Notes: generated from the letters alone by a model not told the origin. 64,000 bases of DNA from Bdellovibrionales bacterium (GCA_050246815.1 JBFWVI010000008.1:10747-74746), one strand, 5' to 3'. Numbered from the stretch's first letter, positions 19,103 to 28,556 are shown. Made by a program: numbers and translations.

Positions 19103-19639
19103 ATGTTTAATTCCCTAAAATATGCTAAAAAATTAGAAGCCGCTGGCTATTCCCGCGAACAAGCGGAAATGCATGTGCAAATTTTGAGTGAGATTATGGA
19201 AAGCAACTTGGCCTCAAAAGAAGAGATGAAAGACCTCACCGCGGTGACGCGGCAAAGCTTTAAAGACCATACTTTTGAAATGCAGCAGCTTTTTAAAGAA
19301 CATACTCATGCTATGGATCAAAGGTTTAAAGAATACACTCATGCGATGGATCAAAGGTTTAAAGAATACACGCATACTGCAGATGAAAGGTTTAAAGAGT
19401 ACACGCATACTGCGGATGAAAGGCTTAAAGAGTACACGCATACTGCGGACCAAAGATTGAAAGACCACAACATTGAAACAAATCAGAAAATTGAAGAGCT
19501 TCATCAAAAGATAGATCGCGTGCGCATCGAATTAAGCGGCGAAATCAAAATTTCCGAACAGCGTATGACGGTCAAGCTTGGCACAATTGTTTCAATCGCG
19601 ATTGGTTTGGCGGTAACTCTGGTCAAGCTTGTGGCCTGA
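19103..19639 (+). CDS. DUF1640-like coiled-coil protein with C-terminal membrane anchor
   Basis: MFNSLKYAKKLEAAGYSREQAE head, 11-aa repeat stalk, KLGTIVSIAIG anchor; RBS AGGAGG. Confidence 0.8.
   Translation: MFNSLKYAKKLEAAGYSREQAEMHVQILSEIMESNLASKEEMKDLTAVTRQSFKDHTFEMQQLFKEHTHAMDQRFKEYTHAMDQRFKEYTHTADERFKEYTHTADERLKEYTHTADQRLKDHNIETNQKIEELHQKIDRVRIELSGEIKISEQRMTVKLGTIVSIAIGLAVTLVKLVA
19259..19456 (+). repeat. Six 33-bp coding tandem repeats (FKEYTHxxDxR)
   Basis: Units start at 19259, 19292, 19325, 19358, 19391 and 19424, e.g. TTTAAAGAATACACGCATACTGCAGATGAAAGG. Confidence 0.95.
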
Positions 19640-19820
19640 TTGATCGAATTCAGAACTTCCTGGCCGCAGGCCTCAGGTCTAGGGGCTGTGACCTCGACCT
19701 TTGGTCTTGGCGACCAAGGTCCTACCGCACCGACTCCATACTTATTATTATTCCCACGGCAAAATCCCAAACTAAGGTCCAGTTCTACACCGACCATGGT
19801 CCAGTTTGACTGGACTCGAC

Positions 19821-19847
19821 TTTAGTTCGCCCCGACCTGGCCGAAAG
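19821..19847 (+). promoter_or_regulatory. Sigma28 promoter of flagellin 3
   Basis: TTTAGTTC-N11-GCCGAAAG; near-identical to 21174..21200. Confidence 0.7.
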
Positions 19848-20072
19848 GTTTGTTAGAAGCAAGAGCGGATCTTGAAAGTCCGCCAGGCGAGAGTTCATCA
19901 CTTGAGTGACTGCTTGTGATGAAATCGCTACCAGCCTGGCATGACCCATCAAAATTTGCTCCAACGTGTTCAACCAAGCGCAAAGGATGCGCGCACCCGG
20001 GGTGCGGCTCTGTGGGTAGAGCCCCTTCGGGTAGCGAAACGGATTTTGAACAAACCCAAAGGAGGACCTTTT

Positions 20073-20906
20073 ATGGGTCTCAGGGTCACAACCAATATTC
20101 CATCGATTAGCGCGCAGCGCACGATGGCCAGTTCACAGCGCGAAATTCAAAAGAGTTTCTCGCAGCTTTCTTCCGGTTCGCGGATCACCAAGGCAGCTGA
20201 TGATGCAGCCGGCTTGTCGATCAGCGAAACTTTAAAATCCACCGTTCGAGGTTACGTGCAAGCGCAACGTAACGCCAACGATGGGATCTCGATGGTGCAA
20301 GTCTCTGAAGGGGGCTTGGGCGAGATCAGCAACATCTTGACCCGCATGCGCGAGTTGGGTGTGCAAGCCGCCTCGGACACGGTCGGCGATGTCGAACGTG
20401 GCTTTATCGACAAAGAGGTTCAACAGTTGAAAAACGAAATGGAGCGTATCGCGAAAACCACTCGTTGGGGTTCGCAGAATCTGCTCGATGGCAGCGGTGA
20501 AGAATACGGCTTCCAGGTCGACATCAACAATGACGACTTCAATGACCGTATTAGCTTCGACGCCAGCCAACAAGACGCCACAATCGGCACCTTGGGTGTT
20601 GATGGCTTTGATTTTTCGACCAAAGATGGTGCACGTGATGCCCTTGAAATGTTAGAAACATCGCAACGCCAAGTGAACGGTTATCGTGCCAACTTAGGCG
20701 CGATTCAAAACCGCCTGATCTCGACCACCGAAAACTTAGGTGTCGCGATCGAAAACTTCTCGGCAGCCAATTCGCGAGTTCGCGATGCGGACGTCGCGCA
20801 GTCTTCAGCTGAACTGGCTCGCAACAACATCTTGCTGCAAGCCAACGTGGGTGTCTTGGCGCAAGCCAATCAGCAACCCGGTTTAGCAATGCGTTTGGTC
20901 TCTTAA
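20073..20906 (+). CDS. fliC: Flagellin (short, 277 aa)
   Basis: RBS AGGAGG, ATG 20073: MGLRVTTNI...LSSGSRITKAADDAAG. Confidence 0.96.
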   Translation: MGLRVTTNIPSISAQRTMASSQREIQKSFSQLSSGSRITKAADDAAGLSISETLKSTVRGYVQAQRNANDGISMVQVSEGGLGEISNILTRMRELGVQAASDTVGDVERGFIDKEVQQLKNEMERIAKTTRWGSQNLLDGSGEEYGFQVDINNDDFNDRISFDASQQDATIGTLGVDGFDFSTKDGARDALEMLETSQRQVNGYRANLGAIQNRLISTTENLGVAIENFSAANSRVRDADVAQSSAELARNNILLQANVGVLAQANQQPGLAMRLVS

Positions 20907-21173
20907 TTTATAATTTGATTTGTAAAGTGTTGGAGGGGTCTCCTTTGCCTCTCCGGTACCTACCTACCCAAGGAGGTTTTCCTCCTTGGGGTACTACATA
21001 GACTAGCCCGGACCGTCCTGAAACCAGACTGAACCGCAGTCGGTGAGATCAAGGTCGGTGAGATCAAGGGCTGGCCCCCATCGAACGACCAGGTATGATA
21101 CGTCGAAGGTCGTGAAATCCAAGATCAACGTCCAGAAATAGCACGCCTTCAGTCCAGAAACGCTGGACGCGAC

Positions 21174-21200
21174 TTCAGTTGGCCCCGACCTCGCCGAATA
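21174..21200 (+). promoter_or_regulatory. Sigma28 promoter of flagellin 4
   Basis: TTCAGTTG-N11-GCCGAATA. Confidence 0.7.
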
Positions 21201-21369
21201 ACTAGGCGTGAGTTGCATGGAACCCAGACGGTCAAGTCCAGGTCCAGGTGATCACAGGGTAACAAATATTAATAACCAGCATTACGGATAATGCCTTCTT
21301 CCGCTGGCCCAGTAGGTAGGGACATGAGGATGGAATACGGACGTTTTCGCCAACACAAGGAGAAGTACC

Positions 21370-22203
21370 ATGGGATTACGAGTTACAACGAACGTCGCGT
21401 CGATCAACGCACAGAAGTCGATGGCTTCCAGTCAGCGTGAGATCCAACGCAGTTTCGCACAATTGTCATCAGGTTCACGCATCACCAAAGCCGCCGACGA
21501 CGCAGCGGGGCTTTCGATCAGCGAAACGCTGAAGTCCACCATCCGCGGTTACACGCAGGCGCAACGTAACGCCAACGACGGTATCTCGATGGTGCAAGTC
21601 GCAGAGGGTGGCCTGGGCGAGATCAGCAATATCTTGACCCGCCTGCGGGAGTTGGGCGTGCAAGCGGCCTCAGACACGGTGGGTGATGTCGAGCGCGGCT
21701 TCATCGACAAAGAGGTTCAACAATTGAAAAATGAAATGGATCGTATCGCGCAATCGACACGTTTCGGCAAATCGAAACTCTTAAACGGCGATGGCGAAGA
21801 ATACGCTTTCCAAGTCGATATCAATAACAACGACTTTGAGGATCGAATTAACTTTAATGCCGCAGAATTGAAAGCGACCTCAGACGCTTTGGGTGTGGAT
21901 GGATTTGATTTCTCGGATAAGCTTAATGCTCGCGAAGGTTTGGAAGTGTTAGAAGACGCTCAGCGCATGGTGAACGGAATGCGTGCGAACCTTGGCGCAA
22001 TTCAAAACCGCCTGGTGTCGACCACAGAAAACTTAGGCGTGGCAATCGAGAACTTCTCGGCTGCGAACGCTCGTGTTCGCGACACAGACGTGGCGCAATC
22101 TTCGGCAGAACTGGCCCGCAACAACATCTTGTTGCAAGCCAACGTGGGTGTTTTGGCTCAAGCCAATGCCATGCCGCAAGCCGCTTTGCGCCTGATTGGT
22201 TAA
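21370..22203 (+). CDS. fliC: Flagellin (short, 277 aa), close paralog of flagellin 3
   Basis: Flagellin N- and C-terminal motifs; long stretches identical to 20073..20906. Confidence 0.96.
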   Translation: MGLRVTTNVASINAQKSMASSQREIQRSFAQLSSGSRITKAADDAAGLSISETLKSTIRGYTQAQRNANDGISMVQVAEGGLGEISNILTRLRELGVQAASDTVGDVERGFIDKEVQQLKNEMDRIAQSTRFGKSKLLNGDGEEYAFQVDINNNDFEDRINFNAAELKATSDALGVDGFDFSDKLNAREGLEVLEDAQRMVNGMRANLGAIQNRLVSTTENLGVAIENFSAANARVRDTDVAQSSAELARNNILLQANVGVLAQANAMPQAALRLIG

Positions 22204-22378
22204 TATTAAAATTGAATTTGAGAATTGAGGCGGTGGCTTCTCCGCTGCTTCAGTACTTACCTACCCGGGCGGGTTTTCTCGCCCGGGGTGCTATTTGGGG
22301 TTTGAGATGTAAGTCTTTTGTCTAGTTTCTGGATTCTAGCCTCTTCAGGCGACGGAAAGTTGCCGAATCCAAGACTGG

Positions 22379-22750
22379 ATGAATGTAAAAAGTTTGACTC
22401 CCAATTTAAGCGCGCTAGACCCTCGACTTCGCACCGAGGCCAAAGACAATGTGCGCCTGCAAAACAGCGGCGACCGCGATGCGGATGGCCGTCGGCAGCA
22501 GAATGAGCCTGAACACAAGCGCCACTTGAACGAATCCGAGTTTGAAACAGCCTTGGAAACCTTAAAGAAAAACGCCGCCGTTACCGCTCACAACCTACAG
22601 ATTCGAGTTGAACAACATGAAGATCACCGGGTCATCTTCATCGAGGATCGGGCCGGGCAAGTGATTCGCCGTCTGTCAGAGGCCGACTTGTGGCTGGTCA
22701 CTCGAGAAAATGATCGTCCCACGGGAAAAATTTTAGATAAAGCCGGCTAG
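22379..22750 (+). CDS. flaG: FlaG-like flagellar protein
   Basis: Position between fliC and fliD; I.D..G.VIRR motif. Confidence 0.65.
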   Translation: MNVKSLTPNLSALDPRLRTEAKDNVRLQNSGDRDADGRRQQNEPEHKRHLNESEFETALETLKKNAAVTAHNLQIRVEQHEDHRVIFIEDRAGQVIRRLSEADLWLVTRENDRPTGKILDKAG

Positions 22751-22877
22751 TACTACGCGCGCCTTAAGTCCTGTCACCATGCCGCCGCATCACGAATGTC
22801 CAAGCCAACTAATTGACTCACGTTTTTCCTCTTAAATCGGTGAAACTAGAAGGGTACAAGCGCCGGAGGATGCTCGC

Positions 22878-24248
22878 TTGCCAATTACGTTTGGTGGAAT
22901 TAACACAGGCTTACCCCCGAACATCGTCGACCAGTTGGTCGAAGCGGAACGCATTCCTATTCGCAATATGGAAGCGCAAAAGACCAAACAAGAAACCAAA
23001 CTCAAATTGGTTCAGGATCTTGAAAGTAAATTGGCGGCGCTCAATGGTTCTTTGGCAGGTTTAGCGTCGGCGAAGGGTTTCAAAGATATTAAGCTAAACT
23101 CGGGCAATCCAAATGTGATCACCGGGGCGGTTGATCCCGACGCCAGCGTCACGGGCAGTTGGAATGTTGAGGTGGTCGAACTGGCGCAAAAGGCCGCGGC
23201 GATCACAAATGGTTTTCCCGACAAAGATAAAACTCAAATCGGCACGGGCTACTTTCGCTTTCATACAGCGGACGGCAAAAAAGATGTTTACGTGAACGGT
23301 AAAAACAACACTCTTGAAAAGGCGGCCGAAACCATCAACGCCTCAGGCATCGGCGTGCGAGCAACCGTCTTGAATGATCGTAAAGACCCCGACAATCCCT
23401 ACCGACTGATGATTTCTGGCGAAGCCGTTGGTGGCGATAACCGCATTGATTATCCGACGCTTTATTTCTTGGACGGCGATCAGGATCTTTACTTCGATGA
23501 AGAGCGCGAGGCAAAGAACGGTCGTGTGAAGGTGGATGGCTTTGAGTTTGAAGTCAGCGACAACAAAGTCAACGATGCCATCCCAGGTGTGACGCTAGAG
23601 TTGCGCCAAGCCGCACCTGGGCAGCAAGTGAATATCTCGGTCAAAGAAGATATGGAAATCGTAACCGGCAAAGTGAAGACATTTGTAGACGGTTTGAACG
23701 CTGTGCTGGGCTTTATTCAGCAACAAAACAGAATGGACAAAGACACCGACACCTCACAGACCTTGGGCGGCGACAGCATGCTGCGTTCGATCCAAAATCG
23801 CTTAGAGAGGTTGGTGCAGGATCCGCAGTACGGAATTGACGGACCGATCAAGCGCTTGAATCAAATCGGCATCACCTTTAACCGTGGCGGCACCGTGGAT
23901 TACAAGGAAGAGGCCTTCAACCAAGTTTTGGCGCGGGACCCCGTTGCGGTACAAAAGTTTTTGGCCGGAGATGGTTTTAACACGGGCTTTATTAGTGCCG
24001 TGAAGCGCGAAGTGCAGACCGTGTTGAACGGACAGTTCGGGCAGGTGGCGATACGAAAAAAGGGCATGCAGGATCGCATCAACCAAATGGACGATCGGAT
24101 TGCAATGAAAGAACGTCAGTTGCAAACCAAAGAAGAAAGCTTACGGCGCAAGTTTAGCCGTTTGGAAGAAACCATGTCGCGACTTAAGTCCCAGGGTGGG
24201 GCTTTGGGCGGAATGGGCGGCGGCGGCGGTGGCCTGGCGCAAGGATGA
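22878..24248 (+). CDS. fliD: Flagellar filament cap protein
   Basis: FGGINTGL...IVDQLVEAER, V..LAQ, N.IPGVTL.L, L.GDS.LR and F..LE..MS.L motifs. Confidence 0.93.
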   Translation: MPITFGGINTGLPPNIVDQLVEAERIPIRNMEAQKTKQETKLKLVQDLESKLAALNGSLAGLASAKGFKDIKLNSGNPNVITGAVDPDASVTGSWNVEVVELAQKAAAITNGFPDKDKTQIGTGYFRFHTADGKKDVYVNGKNNTLEKAAETINASGIGVRATVLNDRKDPDNPYRLMISGEAVGGDNRIDYPTLYFLDGDQDLYFDEEREAKNGRVKVDGFEFEVSDNKVNDAIPGVTLELRQAAPGQQVNISVKEDMEIVTGKVKTFVDGLNAVLGFIQQQNRMDKDTDTSQTLGGDSMLRSIQNRLERLVQDPQYGIDGPIKRLNQIGITFNRGGTVDYKEEAFNQVLARDPVAVQKFLAGDGFNTGFISAVKREVQTVLNGQFGQVAIRKKGMQDRINQMDDRIAMKERQLQTKEESLRRKFSRLEETMSRLKSQGGALGGMGGGGGGLAQG

Positions 24249-24261
24249 TGAAGGAATAGAT

Positions 24262-24288
24262 TAAGTACCGAAATGAAACGGCCGATAG
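24262..24288 (+). promoter_or_regulatory. Sigma28 promoter upstream of fliS
   Basis: TAAG-N15-GCCGATAG. Confidence 0.7.
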
Positions 24289-24327
24289 AAATAGGTCTAA
24301 GTTTTGAAAAGGTGATGAGCTAAGATT

Positions 24328-24720
24328 ATGAAAAACGCGTATCAGAAATACAAAGAAACCTCGGTTCAAAGCGCAGGCCGCGAAAAGTTGCTTTTGATGC
24401 TCTACGAAGGCGCTATTCGCTTCACCAAGAAAGCCATCCTGGCCTGTGATCAAAAGGACATCGCTGAACGCGGCATGAATATCGGCAAATCTTACGACAT
24501 CATCATGGAGCTGAACAATACGCTGAATCACGAAGTCGGCGGCGAAATTTCAAAAAATCTTGAGCAGCTTTACATGTTCATGACGGATCGGTTGACCAAA
24601 GCGAATGTGACGGGCCAAAAAGCGCACCTTGAAGAGGTCCTTAAGCTTCTCGAAACTTTGTATTCGGGATGGGTCGAAGCCGTCGAAAAATTAAAACGAG
24701 ACGAAAACACCAAGCCTTAA
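24328..24720 (+). CDS. fliS: Flagellin export chaperone
   Basis: AY..Y...SV.SA..EKLLLMLYEGA and GGEIS.NL..LY motifs. Confidence 0.93.
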   Translation: MKNAYQKYKETSVQSAGREKLLLMLYEGAIRFTKKAILACDQKDIAERGMNIGKSYDIIMELNNTLNHEVGGEISKNLEQLYMFMTDRLTKANVTGQKAHLEEVLKLLETLYSGWVEAVEKLKRDENTKP

Positions 24721-24743
24721 GCCAGCATCACCACGGAGGGACC

Positions 24744-25169
24744 ATGGAAAATATTATTGGATTGCTTCAAGATAAAAATTTTCACTTGCAGCGCTTCTAT
24801 GAAATGAACGAAACCGAACTGATGAATTTCGTTGAAGGCAATTTTGACAATCTTGAAGGGTTTTACAACACCCGTGAGGCAATTTTGGACCTTATCCGTT
24901 GCATAGACCGGTTGGTCGAACAGGCCAATCTGGCGCTGGTGGAGCCTGTGTTGATTTCAAATGAACACAAGAATGCCGTGGCGCAAGCATTGACGCGCAA
25001 AAATGAAATCGTAACAAAAATTTTGGGGCAAGATCTGCAAATACTTTCAGTTCTTGAAACAGCCAAATCCAATATCATAAAAGAATTGTCACAGGTGAAG
25101 ACTGTGCGCAAAGCCGTGCGGGCTTACAAAAGTACAGGTACCGAGCCTCGCCTAGACGAAGAGGCCTAG
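24744..25169 (+). CDS. Flagellar chaperone-like helical protein (FliT/FlgN-like by position)
   Basis: RBS GGAGGG, ATG 24744; follows fliS; C-terminal AV.AY. Confidence 0.55.
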   Translation: MENIIGLLQDKNFHLQRFYEMNETELMNFVEGNFDNLEGFYNTREAILDLIRCIDRLVEQANLALVEPVLISNEHKNAVAQALTRKNEIVTKILGQDLQILSVLETAKSNIIKELSQVKTVRKAVRAYKSTGTEPRLDEEA

Positions 25170-25283
25170 TCGACACGGCTTGCTAATAACTTGATCAAGC
25201 CAGTTTCATGACGCTCGACTGAACCTCAAGTCAAAGAACCGTCGTCGAGACCCTTACTGCACCCAATCTGTTTCATTTCAGCC

Positions 25284-25299
25284 TGGCACCGGAGTTGCT
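25284..25299 (+). promoter_or_regulatory. Sigma54 promoter of the TPR-GT9 operon
   Basis: TGGCAC-cggag-TTGCT, consensus -24/-12. Confidence 0.75.
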
Positions 25300-25328
25300 C
25301 TTCATCAATCCGAAGAGAGGACCCGACC

Positions 25329-26402
25329 ATGCTAGGACTTCAGTCGCAGAATACTCCCACGACCCGACTTCCGCACAGTGCCGATCCACCCAAGGCGGCG
25401 GACTTGCACAAGGCCTTGAAAAATTTCGCCCATGATCATGGCGTAACAGAATTCGGCAATGAAGAAAGCGCGCGCTATTTTCATGCGGCCAAGCTTTTGA
25501 TGCAACACCAAGAGTTTTATCCCGCTCAGAAACTGCTTCGCCAAGTGCTCAGCGTATCGCCCCATTCTTCGGCTACGGTTTATGCCTTGGCGGAATGCGC
25601 GGGGCACCTGGGCCAAAAAGCTGAGCGTCTGCAGTTGCTCAAAGCTTTGATCACATTGGATGATCATCCGCATTACCTTTTAACGCTGGCGCAAACGTTT
25701 TACGAACAGGGTTCGGATCAAGAGGCACTCAAGTATTACCTGCAAGCTGTCCACCTGTTGCCCGAAGATGCGGGTTCGCTCTTTGAGGCGTACAAAAATA
25801 TCGGAAACATCTACGTTCGGTGCCACGATTTTGAATCGGCCGAAGAAAACTACAATCGTGCCCACACACTCAACCCTCGCTCCGCCACGTTACTGGTGAA
25901 CTTTGGCACTTTAGCCATTCAGCGCAATGACTGGGATGGGGCCATCCAACGTTTTCGCGAGGCCATTGCGGTGGACGCATCCTTCGATCGCGCATGGGTC
26001 GGCCTGTCACTGGTTCATAGGCAGTTCGGAGATTTTGATTTGAGCTGGGCAAACTTGGCGCGCGCATTGGATCTAAACCCGCTGAATACGACAGCGCTGC
26101 AGTTGGCTTTGAGCTGGGTTGTGAAAGACCAGCGCTGGGCCCTGGTCAGCGAAAGCCTCAAGCAATATATGGTGTTGAACGATCAAGATGCAGTGATGAG
26201 TTTGGCTTTGGCGCAACTTTGGTTTTTGCAAGGCCATTTTGCGTCCGCACGTTTGGAATTGACTCGCACTTTGGCATTGGATCCCGCGATTCAGGGCGGT
26301 TTGGATCTATTGAACTTGATCGAGCAAGAAGAAATGAAGAGGTCCCATGGATGGGATGAACACGGTGCCGAGTTTGGAGAAAATCACAGCCAAGAACGGT
26401 GA
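25329..26402 (+). CDS. Tetratricopeptide repeat protein
   Basis: Several TPR units, e.g. AYKNIGNIY...A...Y..A..LNP. Confidence 0.85.
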   Translation: MLGLQSQNTPTTRLPHSADPPKAADLHKALKNFAHDHGVTEFGNEESARYFHAAKLLMQHQEFYPAQKLLRQVLSVSPHSSATVYALAECAGHLGQKAERLQLLKALITLDDHPHYLLTLAQTFYEQGSDQEALKYYLQAVHLLPEDAGSLFEAYKNIGNIYVRCHDFESAEENYNRAHTLNPRSATLLVNFGTLAIQRNDWDGAIQRFREAIAVDASFDRAWVGLSLVHRQFGDFDLSWANLARALDLNPLNTTALQLALSWVVKDQRWALVSESLKQYMVLNDQDAVMSLALAQLWFLQGHFASARLELTRTLALDPAIQGGLDLLNLIEQEEMKRSHGWDEHGAEFGENHSQER

Positions 26403-27003
26403 TGTGGTTTTAAAATACAGGGGGCGTTTGCTGGCTTCTGCCATAGACCCTCGACGTGAGGCCCGCGATTGGATCAATCGTTGGCGCTTGCGCATTGCGG
26501 TTGCGGAGCGCCTGGTGATTTTGGGCGCCGGAGCCGGCTTTCATATCGACGAAGTCGTGCGCGAATGGCCCGCCTTGCGCGTTTTGGTGATTTGTTGCGA
26601 GCCTGAAGTTTTCGCGGAAATGGCAAAACAACAAGCTGCGGCTTGGCCTCTGGTGGACCTGGTACTTTATGAAGGGCACGGCGACCTTTTATCCAACCCC
26701 AAAGTGCGCCATTGGATGCGCGGCTACTTCACACTACTTGAACATTCTTCGCTCAGCAATCTGCAGACGGCTCTTTATCAAGAGTGCAAAGCGCGTCTTT
26801 TGGCTCGTGAGCCGTTGTTTTTCAGCGACTGGGTCAGGCGCGAGCCGCGTCTTAGCCAACTGTTTCCGCTGCAGGCCATACCGGGGGGCGAAAACCGCCA
26901 AATGCTTTCGATTAAGGATCTTGAAAAATTCGTCAATGTTCGTGCCGATGCGAACCCTGCGGATGTGATGATTGTGCGTGCCTTAAGAGAGTTGGTGCGA
27001 TGA
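26347..27003 (+). CDS. Protein resembling the N-terminal domain of motility-associated factor (Maf)
   Basis: LAS..DP.REA..W and VILGAGAGFHI motifs; no C-terminal Maf catalytic domain. Confidence 0.5.
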   Translation: MDGMNTVPSLEKITAKNGDVVLKYRGRLLASAIDPRREARDWINRWRLRIAVAERLVILGAGAGFHIDEVVREWPALRVLVICCEPEVFAEMAKQQAAAWPLVDLVLYEGHGDLLSNPKVRHWMRGYFTLLEHSSLSNLQTALYQECKARLLAREPLFFSDWVRREPRLSQLFPLQAIPGGENRQMLSIKDLEKFVNVRADANPADVMIVRALRELVR

Positions 27004-28556
27004 AAATTTTGGTCGTCAGCCTGCTGAGGTTAGGGGATGTGTTTCTGGCGGCGCCAGCGTTGGCCGGGATCAAGCGGCGCTATCCCGATGCCGAGCTTCA
27101 TCTTTTGGTGAACCGTCAGGCGGCCGGCGCCATCTCATTGTTGGGGATGGTCGACCGCTGGCACATCTTTGAGCGCGACCTGTTGCAGCAAGGTCTGACC
27201 GATGCCGAAAGTCCGATCTTGGAACCTTTTTATCGCCTTGAAGGCCAGCTGCAAAAATTAAGAGGTTACGATTTCGATATGGTTCTAAATTTTACACACA
27301 ACCGTCTGAGCGGTTGGTTGTGCGGCATCATTGGGGCGCGACAAACCATCGGTTTGGCTTTGGACAGTCAGGGCCGTCCGCGTTTTGGCTCGAACTGGTT
27401 TCAGTTTTTGAATGACAGGGCCGAAGAGCGCGGTCGCGAGATTTTTCATTACTCAGATGTATTTTGGTTTGGCGGCGGGATGGATCGTGAAGCACGCCAC
27501 TGGCGCTGGCAGCTGCCAGCGCAGGCCAAAGTCGAAGCAGACGCGTTGCTTCAGGGCAAAACAGGTTTTATCGCCTTGCAACCCCTGACCAGTGAAAGCA
27601 AAAAAGAATGGGGCTCCGAGCACTGGGTGCAGGCCTTGCAAATGATGCAGCAGACTCGTCCACAAAGCGAGTTTGTGATTTTGGGGGCACCCAATGAGCG
27701 TGAGCGCTGCGAAGTTCTGTTGACGTCACTACGTGAAAAGGGTGTTCGTGCGATCGTCGCCATATGCTCGTTGGGCACGGCAGTTGAAATTTTAAGCCGC
27801 GCCGAAATGCTTTTGACCGGTGACACCAGCATCAAACACTTGGCCGCGGCGTTGCCTTTAAAAGTGATCGAGATCAGCTTGGGCAGCAGTGACTGGCGAC
27901 GCACGGGCATTTACAAATCGGGTGCTTACATCGTACAGGCCCGAGTTCCCTGCGCGCCGTGCCCACACTCATTGCCTTGCAGCGAATCCTTTCACCGGTG
28001 CGGCGCAATTTTGCCGCCAGATTTCATTGCGAAATTCGGTCTTGCCGTTTTAGGCGGCGAGCCCCAGCAAATTCAAGATTTAGCGCGTGCATATGCGGGG
28101 GCTTGCGAAATTTATCAAACAAGTTTCAGCGGTGGCGGATATTGGCAGTGTTTGCCGGTGGGGCGCGCGGTGCAATCGCGCGACTTGCGTATGTGGCTGG
28201 ACAAATTGACAACCAAGCTTTTGTTGCAGGGTGAACATTTGCAAGCTTTGGGCGCATACGGCACCGAAGCTATGCGTATGGGTGAATGGATGCGAAAAGA
28301 ATTTCCGCATTTTTCGACCAATGGCTGGCAAGAATTGATCCGTCATTTGGAAGGCGATGATCAGATGCACCAGTTCAGCGCGCAGAATGCGCAAAAAAAA
28401 TTGACGCAAATGATGCAGGCCACGCGCTCTCAGTCCACCGTGCAACTCAAAGAGATGCGTGTGCTGCAGGCAAAAGTCGAAGACATCAGCCGTCGCATAG
28501 AGATTCGTCATCGGCTGGTGCGCTCATTAAGAAACATCGTGGAGGGAACTTTATGA
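27000..28556 (+). CDS. Glycosyltransferase family 9 (heptosyltransferase-like), C-terminally extended
   Basis: MKILVVSLLRLGDV...P....IKRRYP, K.W, LTGDT...HLAAA and C.PC motifs. Confidence 0.85.
   Translation: MKILVVSLLRLGDVFLAAPALAGIKRRYPDAELHLLVNRQAAGAISLLGMVDRWHIFERDLLQQGLTDAESPILEPFYRLEGQLQKLRGYDFDMVLNFTHNRLSGWLCGIIGARQTIGLALDSQGRPRFGSNWFQFLNDRAEERGREIFHYSDVFWFGGGMDREARHWRWQLPAQAKVEADALLQGKTGFIALQPLTSESKKEWGSEHWVQALQMMQQTRPQSEFVILGAPNERERCEVLLTSLREKGVRAIVAICSLGTAVEILSRAEMLLTGDTSIKHLAAALPLKVIEISLGSSDWRRTGIYKSGAYIVQARVPCAPCPHSLPCSESFHRCGAILPPDFIAKFGLAVLGGEPQQIQDLARAYAGACEIYQTSFSGGGYWQCLPVGRAVQSRDLRMWLDKLTTKLLLQGEHLQALGAYGTEAMRMGEWMRKEFPHFSTNGWQELIRHLEGDDQMHQFSAQNAQKKLTQMMQATRSQSTVQLKEMRVLQAKVEDISRRIEIRHRLVRSLRNIVEGTL

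Noticed and set aside
19259..19456. 33-bp repeat array as a CRISPR array
   Set aside because: Units are contiguous with no spacers, stay in frame within a CDS, and no cas genes are present.
14576..20072. N-terminal extensions of flagellins in the ORF track (starts 14576, 15967, 19941)
   Set aside because: RBSs and flagellin homology place the starts at 14750, 16045 and 20073; the extensions are promoter or leader sequence.
19640..20072. c-di-GMP (GEMM) riboswitch in the flagellin upstream region
   Set aside because: Only a partial GCAGGCCTCAGGTCTA resemblance; no GCAAAC...GAAA stem could be built by eye. An Rfam cmscan would settle it.
21039..21068. 15-bp direct repeat GTCGGTGAGATCAAG x2 as an insertion target duplication
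   Set aside because: The copies are adjacent with nothing inserted; better explained as local slippage in the operator-rich region.
22344..22369. Sigma28 promoter for flaG
   Set aside because: The -10 box (GCCGAATC) is good, but the -35 match is poor and the spacer is short; not called.
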